In this document: positions 18,911-29,026 of the stretch, one piece after another | How the letters are laid out: each line of letters begins with the position of its first letter | How positions within the stretch are numbered: position 1 is the first letter of the stretch | Source: Aulosira sp. ZfuVER01 | Lineage (GTDB): Bacteria > Cyanobacteriota > Cyanobacteriia > Cyanobacteriales > Nostocaceae | Direction of reading: 5' to 3' | Length of the DNA: 64,000 nucleotides | Assembly (NCBI GenBank): GCA_034530615.2 | Contig: JAVRCV020000073.1 | Location: forward strand, 160,001 to 224,000 | The notes under the pieces: model-generated | Told to the model about the DNA's origin: nothing | The model's database searches: none | Seen by the model: the letters and a program-made list of their open reading frames with translations, nothing else | Made by a program: the position numbers and the translations under genes

Positions 18911-20170
18911 TTACGAATTATTAAAAACTTTCCACTTCCGTGGTTGATAAAATAACGAACGGCTAGTAATCTTGCTGGCTTTAACAGTAAATCGGAAAGA
19001 TTCAACTATATCAAAAGAACACACACCTTCTTTGATATATATTTTGGCGCTGTATAAACCGGGTAATAAGCAAAAGTAAGGCATCTGCATTTGAATTTCA
19101 ACTCTTCCCGGAAGTATTTTTAGGGGTTCATTATCACTAGCGGAAGTTATATACAAAATTCGCTCATTTTGTCCTGATAAAGCTGTAATAGATACACCTA
19201 AATTAGCATTTTCAACTTTTTTATAGGCTTTACATTCTACGCATAAATAAGCTAATTCCCCACAAAGAGGAGCCGCAAGTATATTTCCTTGCACATCCTT
19301 AAAACTGAGAGAAACAATATCTACACCTAAGCTTTCACTCTCTGGCTTCTCAGGTAACAACATCATTCCTAAATATGTTTCTGTACCACCTAAACTTAAG
19401 TCTTCTTCGTATTGACGAATTACTGCTTCTGTATCGCCATATTTAATCAATTCACCTTTGGCAAGATAAAGAGAATTTTCACAGACATTTAAGACAACAT
19501 GGGGATTATGCGAAACTAAAATAAAAGCTGTACCAGCTTCTCTCAGTTTTGCTAGTTTCTGATAACATTTGACTCTAAAATTGATATCGCCTACAGCCAG
19601 AACTTCATCAATTAGTAAAACATCGGGTTCTATGTGAACTGCACAAGCAAAACCCAATCTAGCCGCCATCCCAGAACTATAAGTCTGTACAGGTGCATCA
19701 ATCGCATCTGCAATACCAGCAAAATCTATGACATCTGGAAATTTATCTTCTATTTCTTTAGTAGATAAACCTAAAATTGACATATTTGCATAGATATTTT
19801 CTCGCCCTGTAAGAATCGGATTAAACCCTGCTCCCAAAGCAATTAATGGCGCTAATTTTCCTCTCACTTTCACACAGCCAGTATCAGGATTAATCAATCC
19901 ACTAATAATACGTAGTAGTGTACTTTTCCCGGCTCCATTTTCTCCGACTAATCCTACAGCTTCTCCCCGTCGCAGTTGAAAGCTCACATCTTTTAGCGCC
20001 CAAAATTCTTGGGGACGGAGATTTTCACTTTTTCTATTTCCAGCAATTAGTTCTTGATAAATATCTTGAACACCATAGAATAAAGACTGTTTCAAGTTGC
20101 GACAAAACTTCTTAGAAACTTTGTCAACTGAAATTAGTAGTTCAGAATTATCTCGGAAATTCATCATCAT
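18911..20170 (-). CDS. wzt: Polysaccharide ABC exporter ATP-binding subunit (Wzt-like, with C-terminal domain)
   Basis: Walker A GENGAGKST, YSSGM signature, LIDEVLAVGD, C-terminal Wzt_C-like extension. Confidence 0.9.
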   Translation of the reverse strand: MMMNFRDNSELLISVDKVSKKFCRNLKQSLFYGVQDIYQELIAGNRKSENLRPQEFWALKDVSFQLRRGEAVGLVGENGAGKSTLLRIISGLINPDTGCVKVRGKLAPLIALGAGFNPILTGRENIYANMSILGLSTKEIEDKFPDVIDFAGIADAIDAPVQTYSSGMAARLGFACAVHIEPDVLLIDEVLAVGDINFRVKCYQKLAKLREAGTAFILVSHNPHVVLNVCENSLYLAKGELIKYGDTEAVIRQYEEDLSLGGTETYLGMMLLPEKPESESLGVDIVSLSFKDVQGNILAAPLCGELAYLCVECKAYKKVENANLGVSITALSGQNERILYITSASDNEPLKILPGRVEIQMQMPYFCLLPGLYSAKIYIKEGVCSFDIVESFRFTVKASKITSRSLFYQPRKWKVFNNS

Positions 20171-21042
20171 TAAGAACTAACTCTTTCAACCACAAAAGGC
20201 ATAGCTAAACGAAAAGCAACCCAGGTTATTATCAAGCCTACTAAGGTAATTGCACTTACCAACCAAAAACGATAAGAGTCTGAGATTACTCCTATTGTTG
20301 CTAACTCTCGCGCTGTTACTAGTAAAGGAGTGACGGGATTAAGCTGTACTAAAAATCCAAAAATTCCTTGTTTTGGTACTGGATAAACTACAGGAGTTAA
20401 GAATAGCCAAAAGCCTGTAATTAAATTTAAACCTCTTGAGATATCTTGATATAGTACTCCTAATGGTGCTAATAAAATTCCAAAAAATATTCCCAATAAA
20501 ACTAAATTAATGATTGCTACTGGTGCAAGAATGACTGTCCAAGTTACAGAGATATGAAACCAAAAGAAAAATGCCACTATTAAGATTAGCTTGATGGCAA
20601 AGTTAAAAAACACTTCGCCTATTTTTGCTAAAATCAGTGCTTCTCTGGGAAAGTTGACTCTTGCCAACATTGGTTTTGCTAAAATCACAGCTTGTATTGG
20701 CCCATTTAAAGCTTCAACAAATGTTTGCCATAATGCGGTGCTGAACATCACATAAGCTGGATAAGGTAAATCTGTAGCCTGAATATTAATGACATTGGCA
20801 TCATGAGCCAGAGTAAATCCCAATGCCATAATAATTGGGGGTAAAAAAGCCCAAGCTATTCCTAAAAAAGATTGACGATACTGTGCGCTAATATCCCGTA
20901 TCATTAGCCGCCAAGCAAGTTCCCGAGAAGCTAGCAAGTCTCGCCACATTTGTTTACCCAATTTTAGGGGATGTCTCAATCTGCTTTCGGGTGTATAAAT
21001 AACTTCCGGTAGCTGAGAATTTAAACGCTGATGCTGCTTCAT
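20170..21042 (-). CDS. wzm: Polysaccharide ABC exporter permease (Wzm-like)
   Basis: RDISAQYRQSFLGIAWAFL, LTPVVYP and LNP motifs; six TM segments; stop overlaps the wzt start. Confidence 0.9.
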   Translation of the reverse strand: MKQHQRLNSQLPEVIYTPESRLRHPLKLGKQMWRDLLASRELAWRLMIRDISAQYRQSFLGIAWAFLPPIIMALGFTLAHDANVINIQATDLPYPAYVMFSTALWQTFVEALNGPIQAVILAKPMLARVNFPREALILAKIGEVFFNFAIKLILIVAFFFWFHISVTWTVILAPVAIINLVLLGIFFGILLAPLGVLYQDISRGLNLITGFWLFLTPVVYPVPKQGIFGFLVQLNPVTPLLVTARELATIGVISDSYRFWLVSAITLVGLIITWVAFRLAMPFVVERVSS

Positions 21043-21306
21043 TATTTCTCACCGTTACGTTCAGACAGATCCGAAGTATAAATACTTAAGTATGGCGTAC
21101 TTTAGTTTGAAGATGTGGGCATCAACTAGTTTATAAGCTCTGAGGGTTTGACGGCCTAACTGACCGCGTTCTTCAAATTCAACGTAGCGTTGAGATTAGT
21201 TTCGGAAAGATAATGACTGATTTAATACATACGCATCATTTATGGCATTATAAAATCCGAAGGTAAACAAACCTGTATTTAAAGCAATATGAAATGAGGT
21301 AGTGGT

Positions 21307-21921
21307 GTGAATACATTTCTGTCTGTTGTGGCTGTATTCCTTTCGACGGTGGCTTTAATATGTGGTGGCTATGCAGCTTACGAAGTTTTCACACTGCGAC
21401 AGACGCTAAATACCACTAACACTAGTACGCAAAGTAATACTACTACTGCGCCAATATCTACCACACAATCAAATCCCCCAGAACCAACAGCATCGCCAGA
21501 AACAACACCATCACCAGTCGCTACCGCCACAAATGCAATTCAGCCTGGCCAATTTGTGCAACCCGCGTTTGGTAATAAGGCAGAAGTTGAGTTACTTTCA
21601 GCAAAACGGATTAAAGATCCCCAAACCGGAAACCGTGATGTGGTAAATGTGCAGATGCGAATCCGTCGCCAAGCTACAGATGGAGTTGGCGGTGGCGATA
21701 TTATATCCGTTTCTAGTACGACAGCTCGTAATCCTGAAACCAGTGAAACCTACAAAGCAATTGCTTTAAATCGCTCAACAGGAAGTGTTTCTTTGGCACA
21801 GCTACGTCCAAAGGCGTCAGCTGATGCGTATGTGTGGATAAGGGTTCCTGATGGTGTCAAGAACTTGGACATTTTTGTACCAGATACAGCTGCGTTTAAA
21901 AATGTACCAATTTCTAACTAA
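21307..21921 (+). CDS. Hypothetical membrane-anchored protein (TM, T/P-rich linker, beta-rich domain)
   Basis: GTG start after GAGGT; N-terminal TM; coherent composition. Confidence 0.75.
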   Translation: MNTFLSVVAVFLSTVALICGGYAAYEVFTLRQTLNTTNTSTQSNTTTAPISTTQSNPPEPTASPETTPSPVATATNAIQPGQFVQPAFGNKAEVELLSAKRIKDPQTGNRDVVNVQMRIRRQATDGVGGGDIISVSSTTARNPETSETYKAIALNRSTGSVSLAQLRPKASADAYVWIRVPDGVKNLDIFVPDTAAFKNVPISN

Positions 21922-21954
21922 ACTTCTACTTAGATAATAGTGCGATCGCACATT

Positions 21955-22929
21955 TCACACACTTGTTATCAAGCGGTTAAATACCCTATCCATCAGACGC
22001 AGAATTTTACTCACCACCCGAAAGCCAAAGTTCCCAATAGACATTTTTCTGGCAAACGGGTGAATAATTGTCATGTGTCGTCTTGAACCTAAGCGTTTGT
22101 ATCTATTTTGGAAATACTCATCTTCGGTAAGGTTCCACTTTTGGCGTAAGTGTTTCAGGCTTGATAATTCCCAGCGATCGCTCCACCGCAGCATATAGTA
22201 ATGTAAATCTGTCCACTCTAGCGGTGGCCCTGGTACATAAGTGATGACAGATTCCGGTTCGAGGTAAATTGTACCGCCAGCCTCAGCTACCAACATACAC
22301 AAATCGACGTGTTCTTTCGTAGAAAGCAGCGCTTCATCCAAAAAGCCAATTTGCTGAAATATCTCTGTGCGTACCAACATACAGTGAAATTCTGCTAACC
22401 TCGTTTTCTGCTGTTGTAATTGGGGTTTGACATCTGCTACCCGCCGACCTTGATAATATATCTTCTCAATAATTCGCCGTCTGTGCGTTTCTACCTTAAC
22501 TCCCGTTTCGCCTCCCGCACAATGTACTTCTTGATGCAGAGGTGTACCTTGACACAGAAGAGGACTCACTACAGTTGCTTGTGTTGTTTGCGCACAGTCT
22601 ACCAATGAATTGAGCCAACCTGGTGTCACAACTACGTCGTTATCTAGGAAAATTACATATTGGCTGCTAACTTGTTTCAGTCCGATATTTCTAGCGCAGT
22701 TTGGCGACAAGTATTTGTCGCTGCGAATTAATTGAAATTGCTTTTGTTCGGCTTGTTCTCTTAAATAGTCTCTGATATGAGGCGGCGAATTGCCATCTAC
22801 ATAAATTAAATTAAATGGATAATTTGTATGCTCGTAGATGCTTTCTAAAGATTCGCAAGTATAGCTAAAACGCTCTCGTGGCACAACCACTATTGTTACT
22901 TTGGAGTCTGCAATCGCTGATAAGTTCAT
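21955..22929 (-). CDS. Glycosyltransferase family 2
   Basis: VTIVVVP..., YVDGNS, ARNIG and FLDND (DxD) motifs. Confidence 0.9.
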   Translation of the reverse strand: MNLSAIADSKVTIVVVPRERFSYTCESLESIYEHTNYPFNLIYVDGNSPPHIRDYLREQAEQKQFQLIRSDKYLSPNCARNIGLKQVSSQYVIFLDNDVVVTPGWLNSLVDCAQTTQATVVSPLLCQGTPLHQEVHCAGGETGVKVETHRRRIIEKIYYQGRRVADVKPQLQQQKTRLAEFHCMLVRTEIFQQIGFLDEALLSTKEHVDLCMLVAEAGGTIYLEPESVITYVPGPPLEWTDLHYYMLRWSDRWELSSLKHLRQKWNLTEDEYFQNRYKRLGSRRHMTIIHPFARKMSIGNFGFRVVSKILRLMDRVFNRLITSV

Positions 22930-22936
22930 CTCTCTC

Positions 22937-24232
22937 TTAATATCCTTGAGAATTCAACTTTCCTGTTACAGCTAAAGCTGGTTCTGTTACTGGCAAATTA
23001 TTAGTACTTACTCGTTGATAAATTTGGATTAATTCATCATTCAGTTTATTGATATTGTAGTTTGCTTCGACATAAGCACGCCCTGCTTTACCCATCTTTG
23101 ACCACATTTGTGGATGCTCTATTAAATAAGTTATTTTCTCTGCCATTGCTGGTATATCTCGTTCGGGAACAAGAAAACCAGAAATTCCATCTTCTACCAG
23201 TTCAGGAATACCGCCATGTACAGTACTGATGACTGGTAAACCCATAGCCATTGCTTCTTTTAAAGTATTAACGGGAGCATCTATATTCCCATCTTTTGTT
23301 GTGACGTTAGGAGCAATAAAAATCTGAGATTTTTTGAGAATTTCAATGATTTCTGGCTGATTTCTCCACCCCAGCAGTTTGATTTGCTCAGCAACGTTTA
23401 AGTTTTTAATTAATTGTTGTAACTCTGCTTTTAAATGCCCATCTCCAATGATATTGTATTCGATATTGGGATAACTTTTAACTACCTCAGCAACGGCACG
23501 AATACTGTATTCTATGCCTTTCTTTTCAATTAAGCGGCAAGTTGTAGCAAGGTAAATTTTATCGTTTTCACCCGGAGATAGCCTGCATTTAAATTGAAAC
23601 TGGTTGCAATCTATTCCTGAACCATGTACAACAATTTTTTGGCGATCGCAGCCTAGTTGAATAGCTTTTTGTTGAAAGTATTGACAATTTGCTAAGAAGA
23701 AATCACCTTTCTTAAAGAGTTCGTCATAAATATGTTCTCCATATTCATGCACAAACCAAGTAATATCGTAGCCCCGAAACGAAGTAATCAACTTTCCTTT
23801 AATCGCACCGATATCACGCAAAATCATCGCCTCGCGGGCAAATGTCCCAAACTGGCAATGAATGATATCGTAGGAATTAGATTTTAATAAGGGTATGACT
23901 GAGTAAAATAATCTTAAAGAAGATGCCCATCTGCCATATTTGAAAAAATTTAGCGATCGCAGTAAGACTAAAGGATTTTTCCGAAAATTTGTAATTAGTA
24001 GTTTTATCGCTTTTAGCAGACGCAAAAAGTGATTTGGAGGTATATGCGGTTGATAAAAAGTCTGATTTAACAACTGATACTTCTTGACATTTGGATGTAC
24101 TTTAGAAGTATTTCCGGGTTGAAAGGCGTATATATCGACTTTATGCCCCCGGTCGATTGCACCTATAATTTGATTAACAATAAATGTTTCTGATAATACG
24201 GGAAAATACCCAACTATAACGGCTATTTTCAT
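22937..24232 (-). CDS. Glycosyltransferase family 4 (WcaL-like)
   Basis: FPVLSETFI, HCQFG, FRGYD, RLIEKKG and EAMAMGLPVISTVHGGIPE motifs. Confidence 0.9.
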   Translation of the reverse strand: MKIAVIVGYFPVLSETFIVNQIIGAIDRGHKVDIYAFQPGNTSKVHPNVKKYQLLNQTFYQPHIPPNHFLRLLKAIKLLITNFRKNPLVLLRSLNFFKYGRWASSLRLFYSVIPLLKSNSYDIIHCQFGTFAREAMILRDIGAIKGKLITSFRGYDITWFVHEYGEHIYDELFKKGDFFLANCQYFQQKAIQLGCDRQKIVVHGSGIDCNQFQFKCRLSPGENDKIYLATTCRLIEKKGIEYSIRAVAEVVKSYPNIEYNIIGDGHLKAELQQLIKNLNVAEQIKLLGWRNQPEIIEILKKSQIFIAPNVTTKDGNIDAPVNTLKEAMAMGLPVISTVHGGIPELVEDGISGFLVPERDIPAMAEKITYLIEHPQMWSKMGKAGRAYVEANYNINKLNDELIQIYQRVSTNNLPVTEPALAVTGKLNSQGY

Positions 24233-24403
24233 TGCTTAAGTGTAAGGTTGGCATCACCCACCCTACTCCTCTTTGTTTACTTGCAATGAATTGTAATATA
24301 TATTTTTACCTTATTCAATTAGAAATTTTTTAGATTAATTTTGGCATTTTGACAATAGTATTTGCGCAAAGAATGTTGTATTAAAAAGTCTAGTTGTTGA
24401 TTG

Positions 24404-26725
24404 TTAAGAAGTCCGATTTTGCAGTTGGAATTTAGCACCGCTTAATTGAGTTTCAAAGCGGGTATAAACTATTTGAGTAGGATACCAAGTAGAAAACCAA
24501 TACATATCTTGAATAACTTTGCGATCGCTATTGTCATCTATCTCAAACTGAACTAAAGCTAAATTATTTAATCCGATCACTTCTCGTCCATCTTGTAACC
24601 AGGGTAATTTCCAAAAAGTTAAATACTGCAACCATCTCCATTTGTGGTTTTTTGCTTGTTGTCTAGAATTCATCAGCCATGAAACATCATTGCCAAAATC
24701 AGCAGTCTGTGTGCTGGTTCGCGGAATCCATTCCATGACACCATGCCATTCCGGCTGCTGGGGTGAGAGATGGCGGCGGGATTTTCTGCCAGACATTTCT
24801 ACCATATAAGGTGGATTTGACCATCCTATCCAATGTCGGCTTTTTTCTGGTAAAAGCCATTGTTTGAGTCTTGTATGAATGATGCGAGTAATAGTCTCTT
24901 CATTTTTCCAGGGGCTAGCAGTTAGCTGCACTAAAACAGAATTTGTTTGAGAACCTAGAGAATTTCTCGTATAAGATAATCTGACAACTGAACTGTAGTG
25001 AATATCCCCAGATAAAACAATCACTTGTTGGCGTTGCTCAAATAAAGTTGTGAGAAATTTTGCCAATGCTTCGTAATTAATGTTCCAAGCATCTCCCACA
25101 TCTACGCCATAGACTTTTTCTCTTTGTAAATGCCACTGGTGAATCCAATCAATTACTTTTAAACCAAATAGATTTGTCGGTGCAACTACAAATGTGGCTT
25201 GTAATTGCGATCGCCCTTTGGGTTTATGTGTTGCTTGTTCTAGAGGCTGGGAAAGCTGCTGCTTAAATGCTAGAGGAGATAGCAGCATTGGCGGCGCAAT
25301 TGGTTTTTGATCGGCAGGATAACCCCGCGATGTGCGTGTATCTAAAACAATCACTTCATGGCAAAAACTCCGCACTGTGTAATGCCAGGTAAGTGCTTCT
25401 GGATCTCGATCTAGTACTAGTACTGATTTATATTGAATAAACTCTGGCAAGCCTGTACTGGGGTTTATTGGTGGCATTCCTAAGTAACGGGCGATCGCAT
25501 CCCCAGCCGCAGCATTCATTCCACCAGAAGCAGACCAATCCTCCGCTGCTTGCAATAATTTTTCCCCAGGTTGACCAGATGTAAATTGCTTGGGTGTATT
25601 GCCCCAAGCTTGAAACACTGCATAAGCTAACAGCGCATTTTGAACGGTTCTGCGCCCCAAAGGTCGTCCTAATACGCGCAAACACCAAGCTTGGTTGAGG
25701 TTCCAGTCATCGCTAACATCATGGTCATCGAAGATACTATACATGGGAATATTTGCTAAGGCACGCCGCACTTTCCAGAGGGTATGGAGAAACTGCTGCA
25801 TATCCCGAACTTCTTTGTCCCAGCATCGGCTGACTCGATAACCATCCATCACCTCCCGTCCCTTAGGTAAGCTTGTCGGCCAGCAGACTGGAGACCAAGA
25901 TAACAGGTAAGATGCGTAATACTCACCCAAACTCAGCAGGTGACTGTTCACCTTGGCAGTTTTATTGTGTAATCCGGCGGTGAAACCAGCTTGGTTAGTT
26001 GCTACCTCTGCCCGATATCCAGGAGGTAGTTGCTTTGGCGTGTAATAACCGACATCACAAGGTAGTCGTTCTTCCCAACCCAGCAAAGCATCCCCCAACT
26101 GACTGGAAACCCACAACAGCGGATCGGCAACATCATCTCCATAAATCTGATCGCCTGTAAGGAAAAGTTGATGGGGTCTTTTTCGCGGCTGGTTCGCTGC
26201 TTCCTCAATCAAGCAATCAAGAATTGGCAGGGTATCGAATCCATCGCCGTGGGGTTTGCGGCAGGAACCATGCACAATTCGCAAATCTTGTAAATCAGTT
26301 GGTGGCAGGACAAATGTTGGGTGTTGATGGGCAAAATAACTGATGTTGGGAGTGGGAAAGCTGTTAGAACATAAGGCTTGCAGCAGTGTTTGCTGATTTT
26401 GGGAAGAATGCTCAATAAATTCCAGGTCGTATGCATATATGCGATCGCTACTCAACAAATACCCATCCGCAGATTCAGCAGTTACCACCACAATATGCAG
26501 CGATTGTCCTAACGCAAAGGTAGAACGTCTGCCCTCCAGTAAACAATTTGTCAGTAACGTACCTTGATTAGCTGTTTCATAAACTCGAAGTCGCACTTCA
26601 CATGGACGCTTGAGTGCCACCCAAACTGTTACAGATTCCGATTGTGTCTGTTGTAAGATTGGCCCCGCTAAAATCAGCGGCAATTCCTGTAAAAATTCTT
26701 CTCCAAATGCGTACTTCATTGCCAA
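24404..26725 (-). CDS. PhoD-like metallophosphatase
   Basis: GSCRKPHG, TGDQIYGDD, FDDHDV, LDTRT and SGDIH motifs; no obvious signal peptide. Confidence 0.88.
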   Translation of the reverse strand: MAMKYAFGEEFLQELPLILAGPILQQTQSESVTVWVALKRPCEVRLRVYETANQGTLLTNCLLEGRRSTFALGQSLHIVVVTAESADGYLLSSDRIYAYDLEFIEHSSQNQQTLLQALCSNSFPTPNISYFAHQHPTFVLPPTDLQDLRIVHGSCRKPHGDGFDTLPILDCLIEEAANQPRKRPHQLFLTGDQIYGDDVADPLLWVSSQLGDALLGWEERLPCDVGYYTPKQLPPGYRAEVATNQAGFTAGLHNKTAKVNSHLLSLGEYYASYLLSWSPVCWPTSLPKGREVMDGYRVSRCWDKEVRDMQQFLHTLWKVRRALANIPMYSIFDDHDVSDDWNLNQAWCLRVLGRPLGRRTVQNALLAYAVFQAWGNTPKQFTSGQPGEKLLQAAEDWSASGGMNAAAGDAIARYLGMPPINPSTGLPEFIQYKSVLVLDRDPEALTWHYTVRSFCHEVIVLDTRTSRGYPADQKPIAPPMLLSPLAFKQQLSQPLEQATHKPKGRSQLQATFVVAPTNLFGLKVIDWIHQWHLQREKVYGVDVGDAWNINYEALAKFLTTLFEQRQQVIVLSGDIHYSSVVRLSYTRNSLGSQTNSVLVQLTASPWKNEETITRIIHTRLKQWLLPEKSRHWIGWSNPPYMVEMSGRKSRRHLSPQQPEWHGVMEWIPRTSTQTADFGNDVSWLMNSRQQAKNHKWRWLQYLTFWKLPWLQDGREVIGLNNLALVQFEIDDNSDRKVIQDMYWFSTWYPTQIVYTRFETQLSGAKFQLQNRTS

Positions 26726-26801
26726 CTGTACAAGCCTTCTGTGAACTGTATTGCAATTATTATGTGTTTTTCTGTTGCAAGCTTGACAGCAAACCGCTTA
26801 T

Positions 26802-26819
26802 ATAGTACAAATATACTAT
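26802..26819. promoter_or_regulatory. Putative LexA box overlapping the KTSC-gene promoter
   Basis: ATAGTACAAATATACTAT: one mismatch to AGTAC-N4-GTACT; TTGACA at 26783-26788. Confidence 0.55.
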
Positions 26820-26899
26820 TAAGCGCTTTGATTTTGCATAAGAATTTAACACTCTCAGCTGAAAAATATCATCTCTACGCCAACAGGAGAGCAAACTAA

Positions 26900-27310
26900 A
26901 TGAAGTTATCTAAAATGGATTTGAGTAGCTTGATAGCGATCGCTCACTCTGACGGACATTTGCAGTTATTGCTCGATCGTGGCGATGAATTAGAATTTGT
27001 AGAAATCCCCGCACCTATCCAAGCGTATGAAGGATTGCGAGAACTTAACGAGATTATCTCTGAACCTGCGGCACTTCCTCCCCAAGAAGAACCAATTGCC
27101 CTATTACCAGTTAGCTCATCAATGGCTGCTAATATTGCGTACGACAGTGACGAGCAAACTTTACAGGTTGAGTTTCGCAGTGGCGCAGTTTATCAGTATT
27201 TTGGAGTAGATGAAGAAACTTGGGAAGATTTTTATTCTTCTGACTCCATAGGTAGTTTTTTTAATGAGCAAATTAAAGGTAGATTTGACTGCGAACAAAT
27301 TGGTTATTAG
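26900..27310 (+). CDS. KTSC-domain protein
   Basis: C-terminal VSSS...IAYD...LQVEFRSGAVYQY.GV...SDSIGSFFNEQIKG is a KTSC domain; AGGAG RBS. Confidence 0.85.
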   Translation: MKLSKMDLSSLIAIAHSDGHLQLLLDRGDELEFVEIPAPIQAYEGLRELNEIISEPAALPPQEEPIALLPVSSSMAANIAYDSDEQTLQVEFRSGAVYQYFGVDEETWEDFYSSDSIGSFFNEQIKGRFDCEQIGY

Positions 27311-27971
27311 TACTAGGAGTGGCAAGCTGGGCAACCATCTCAGCCCGAGAGGAAACCTCAAGCTTGCGAAACATTCGCTTTAGAGCTTGCTTGACAGAAT
27401 TTTCCGTAATCCAAAGTTCATTACCAATTTCTGCGTTTGTGTAACCTAACGCCACTAATTCCGCAATTTGCAATTCTCTAGGCGTTAAGCGATCGCTCTT
27501 TAAAAGTTTATCGCGCGATCGCACTGTCGCATTCCAAATAGATAGGTGCAAACAGAGGGCACTTAAATCTGCTAAATCCTGTGTAGCAAACGCAGTCATT
27601 GCTTGTTCGCGGGTGAAGCCGATTGCACCTACTAATTGTCCCTGACTGACAATCGGCCCTGCCATTACGTGCCAATGATCGGATCGGGGACAAATCATTT
27701 GCCAAACATTAGGTGATGTCACCAACGCTTCATGGACGGGAGCATGACGTTCCACTAAGTAACGCACAACAGGATTATGTTCGATTGATAATGCAGCTTG
27801 CAGTGTTTTCAGAAGCTTGCGATCCACAAAGGGAAGTTGATCGAAAAAGAAAACCCCCGATTTTTTAGCCCCAAAATACTCTCCGAGTTTCGGCACGACA
27901 TGCGATCGCAGTTCTTGTTCATCCTGCGCCTGGTTGATGGCTGCAAAAAGCAACTGCAAGGAATTTCTCAT
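27273..27971 (-). CDS. GAF-domain LuxR-type transcriptional regulator
   Basis: C-terminal LTPRELQIAELVALGYTNAEIG...KLEVSSRAEMV HTH; GAF-like AGPIVSQGQLVGAIGF. Confidence 0.88.
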   Translation of the reverse strand: MRNSLQLLFAAINQAQDEQELRSHVVPKLGEYFGAKKSGVFFFDQLPFVDRKLLKTLQAALSIEHNPVVRYLVERHAPVHEALVTSPNVWQMICPRSDHWHVMAGPIVSQGQLVGAIGFTREQAMTAFATQDLADLSALCLHLSIWNATVRSRDKLLKSDRLTPRELQIAELVALGYTNAEIGNELWITENSVKQALKRMFRKLEVSSRAEMVAQLATPSTNNQFVRSQIYL

Positions 27972-27990
27972 AGTTACCGTGTCGAAAACT

Positions 27991-28006
27991 GTACTCGATC
28001 GAGGAC
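27991..28006. promoter_or_regulatory. Palindrome GTACTCGATCGAGGAC; probable LuxR operator
   Basis: Near-perfect 16-bp inverted repeat in the short divergent gap. Confidence 0.55.
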
Positions 28007-28067
28007 TGGGCCAAGCTAATACTCTCTCCTAATCTTAGCTTTAGTGCAAGTTACAGGAGAACACCCC

Positions 28068-28907
28068 GTGTCTGAATATGCTCATCCTGAAGTTCTCATC
28101 GATACACAATGGCTGATGGAACATCTTAAAGATCCTAGCGTTCGCGTGGTCGAGGTTGATATGAGTCCAGAACCATATAAAAATACTCACATCCCTGGTG
28201 CAGTCTTTTGGAATATCTTCACGGATCTTTTAACGCCCGATTTGCGGATAAATTTAGATCCCACTGCTATAGAAAAACTGCTGGCGCGATCGGGTATTTA
28301 CCACGAAACAATTGTTGTTCCCTATGGTAGTTACCCTGGAACAGCCGCCTGGATTTTCTGGCTTTTGAAAATCTTTGGACACGATCGAGTGTACGTTCTC
28401 AATGGTGGGCATCAAAAATGGGTAGCAGAAAATCGTCCATTAGCAACGGAATTGTCCAACTTTGCCCCTACTCACTACCGTGCCAAAGCACCCGATGCTA
28501 ACTTACGGGTTTTGCAAGCAGAAGTTCAAGCATCACTAAATCAAGCAAATCCTGTGTTGCTGGATGTGCGTACTTATCAAGAGTACATTGGCGAAGTCTT
28601 CATGATGCAGCTACCACAGGGAACAGAACGCGGCGGACATATTCCGGGTGCGGTGCATATTGAGCATATCCTGACTCTGAATGAAGATGGAACCTTTAAA
28701 TCAGCCCAAGAGTTGCACAATCTTTACAGTAGCAAAGGTATTACACCTGACAAAGAAGTATTTCCTTACTGTGCCATTGGTGGGCGATCGGCATATACAT
28801 GGTTTGTTTTGAAATATTTACTGGGCTATCCCAAGGTACGCAATTATGATGGTTCTTGGAATGAATGGAGCCGTCTTCCTGATGCACCAATTGAAACAAC
28901 GCAATAA
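28068..28907 (+). CDS. Tandem-rhodanese sulfurtransferase (SseA/TST-like)
   Basis: HIPGA twice, active-site YCAIGGRS, YDGSWNEW; GTG 28068 follows AGGAG. Confidence 0.92.
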   Translation: MSEYAHPEVLIDTQWLMEHLKDPSVRVVEVDMSPEPYKNTHIPGAVFWNIFTDLLTPDLRINLDPTAIEKLLARSGIYHETIVVPYGSYPGTAAWIFWLLKIFGHDRVYVLNGGHQKWVAENRPLATELSNFAPTHYRAKAPDANLRVLQAEVQASLNQANPVLLDVRTYQEYIGEVFMMQLPQGTERGGHIPGAVHIEHILTLNEDGTFKSAQELHNLYSSKGITPDKEVFPYCAIGGRSAYTWFVLKYLLGYPKVRNYDGSWNEWSRLPDAPIETTQ

Positions 28908-28925
28908 GGCAAAATCACGAAAAAT

Positions 28926-29020
28926 CTAGTGGCGTGGCGGAAATAAACCTACCATTCAAAATCAATGAAAAGTTTACCCTATAATCATTTTGAATTTTGA
29001 ATTCCGCGTAGCGGTACTAG
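28926..29020. mobile_element. MITE-like element with CTAG ends
   Basis: CTAGT..GCGGAA / TTCCGC..GTACTAG imperfect TIR plus TTTTGAA heptamers. Confidence 0.45.
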
Positions 29021-29026
29021 TCTTGT

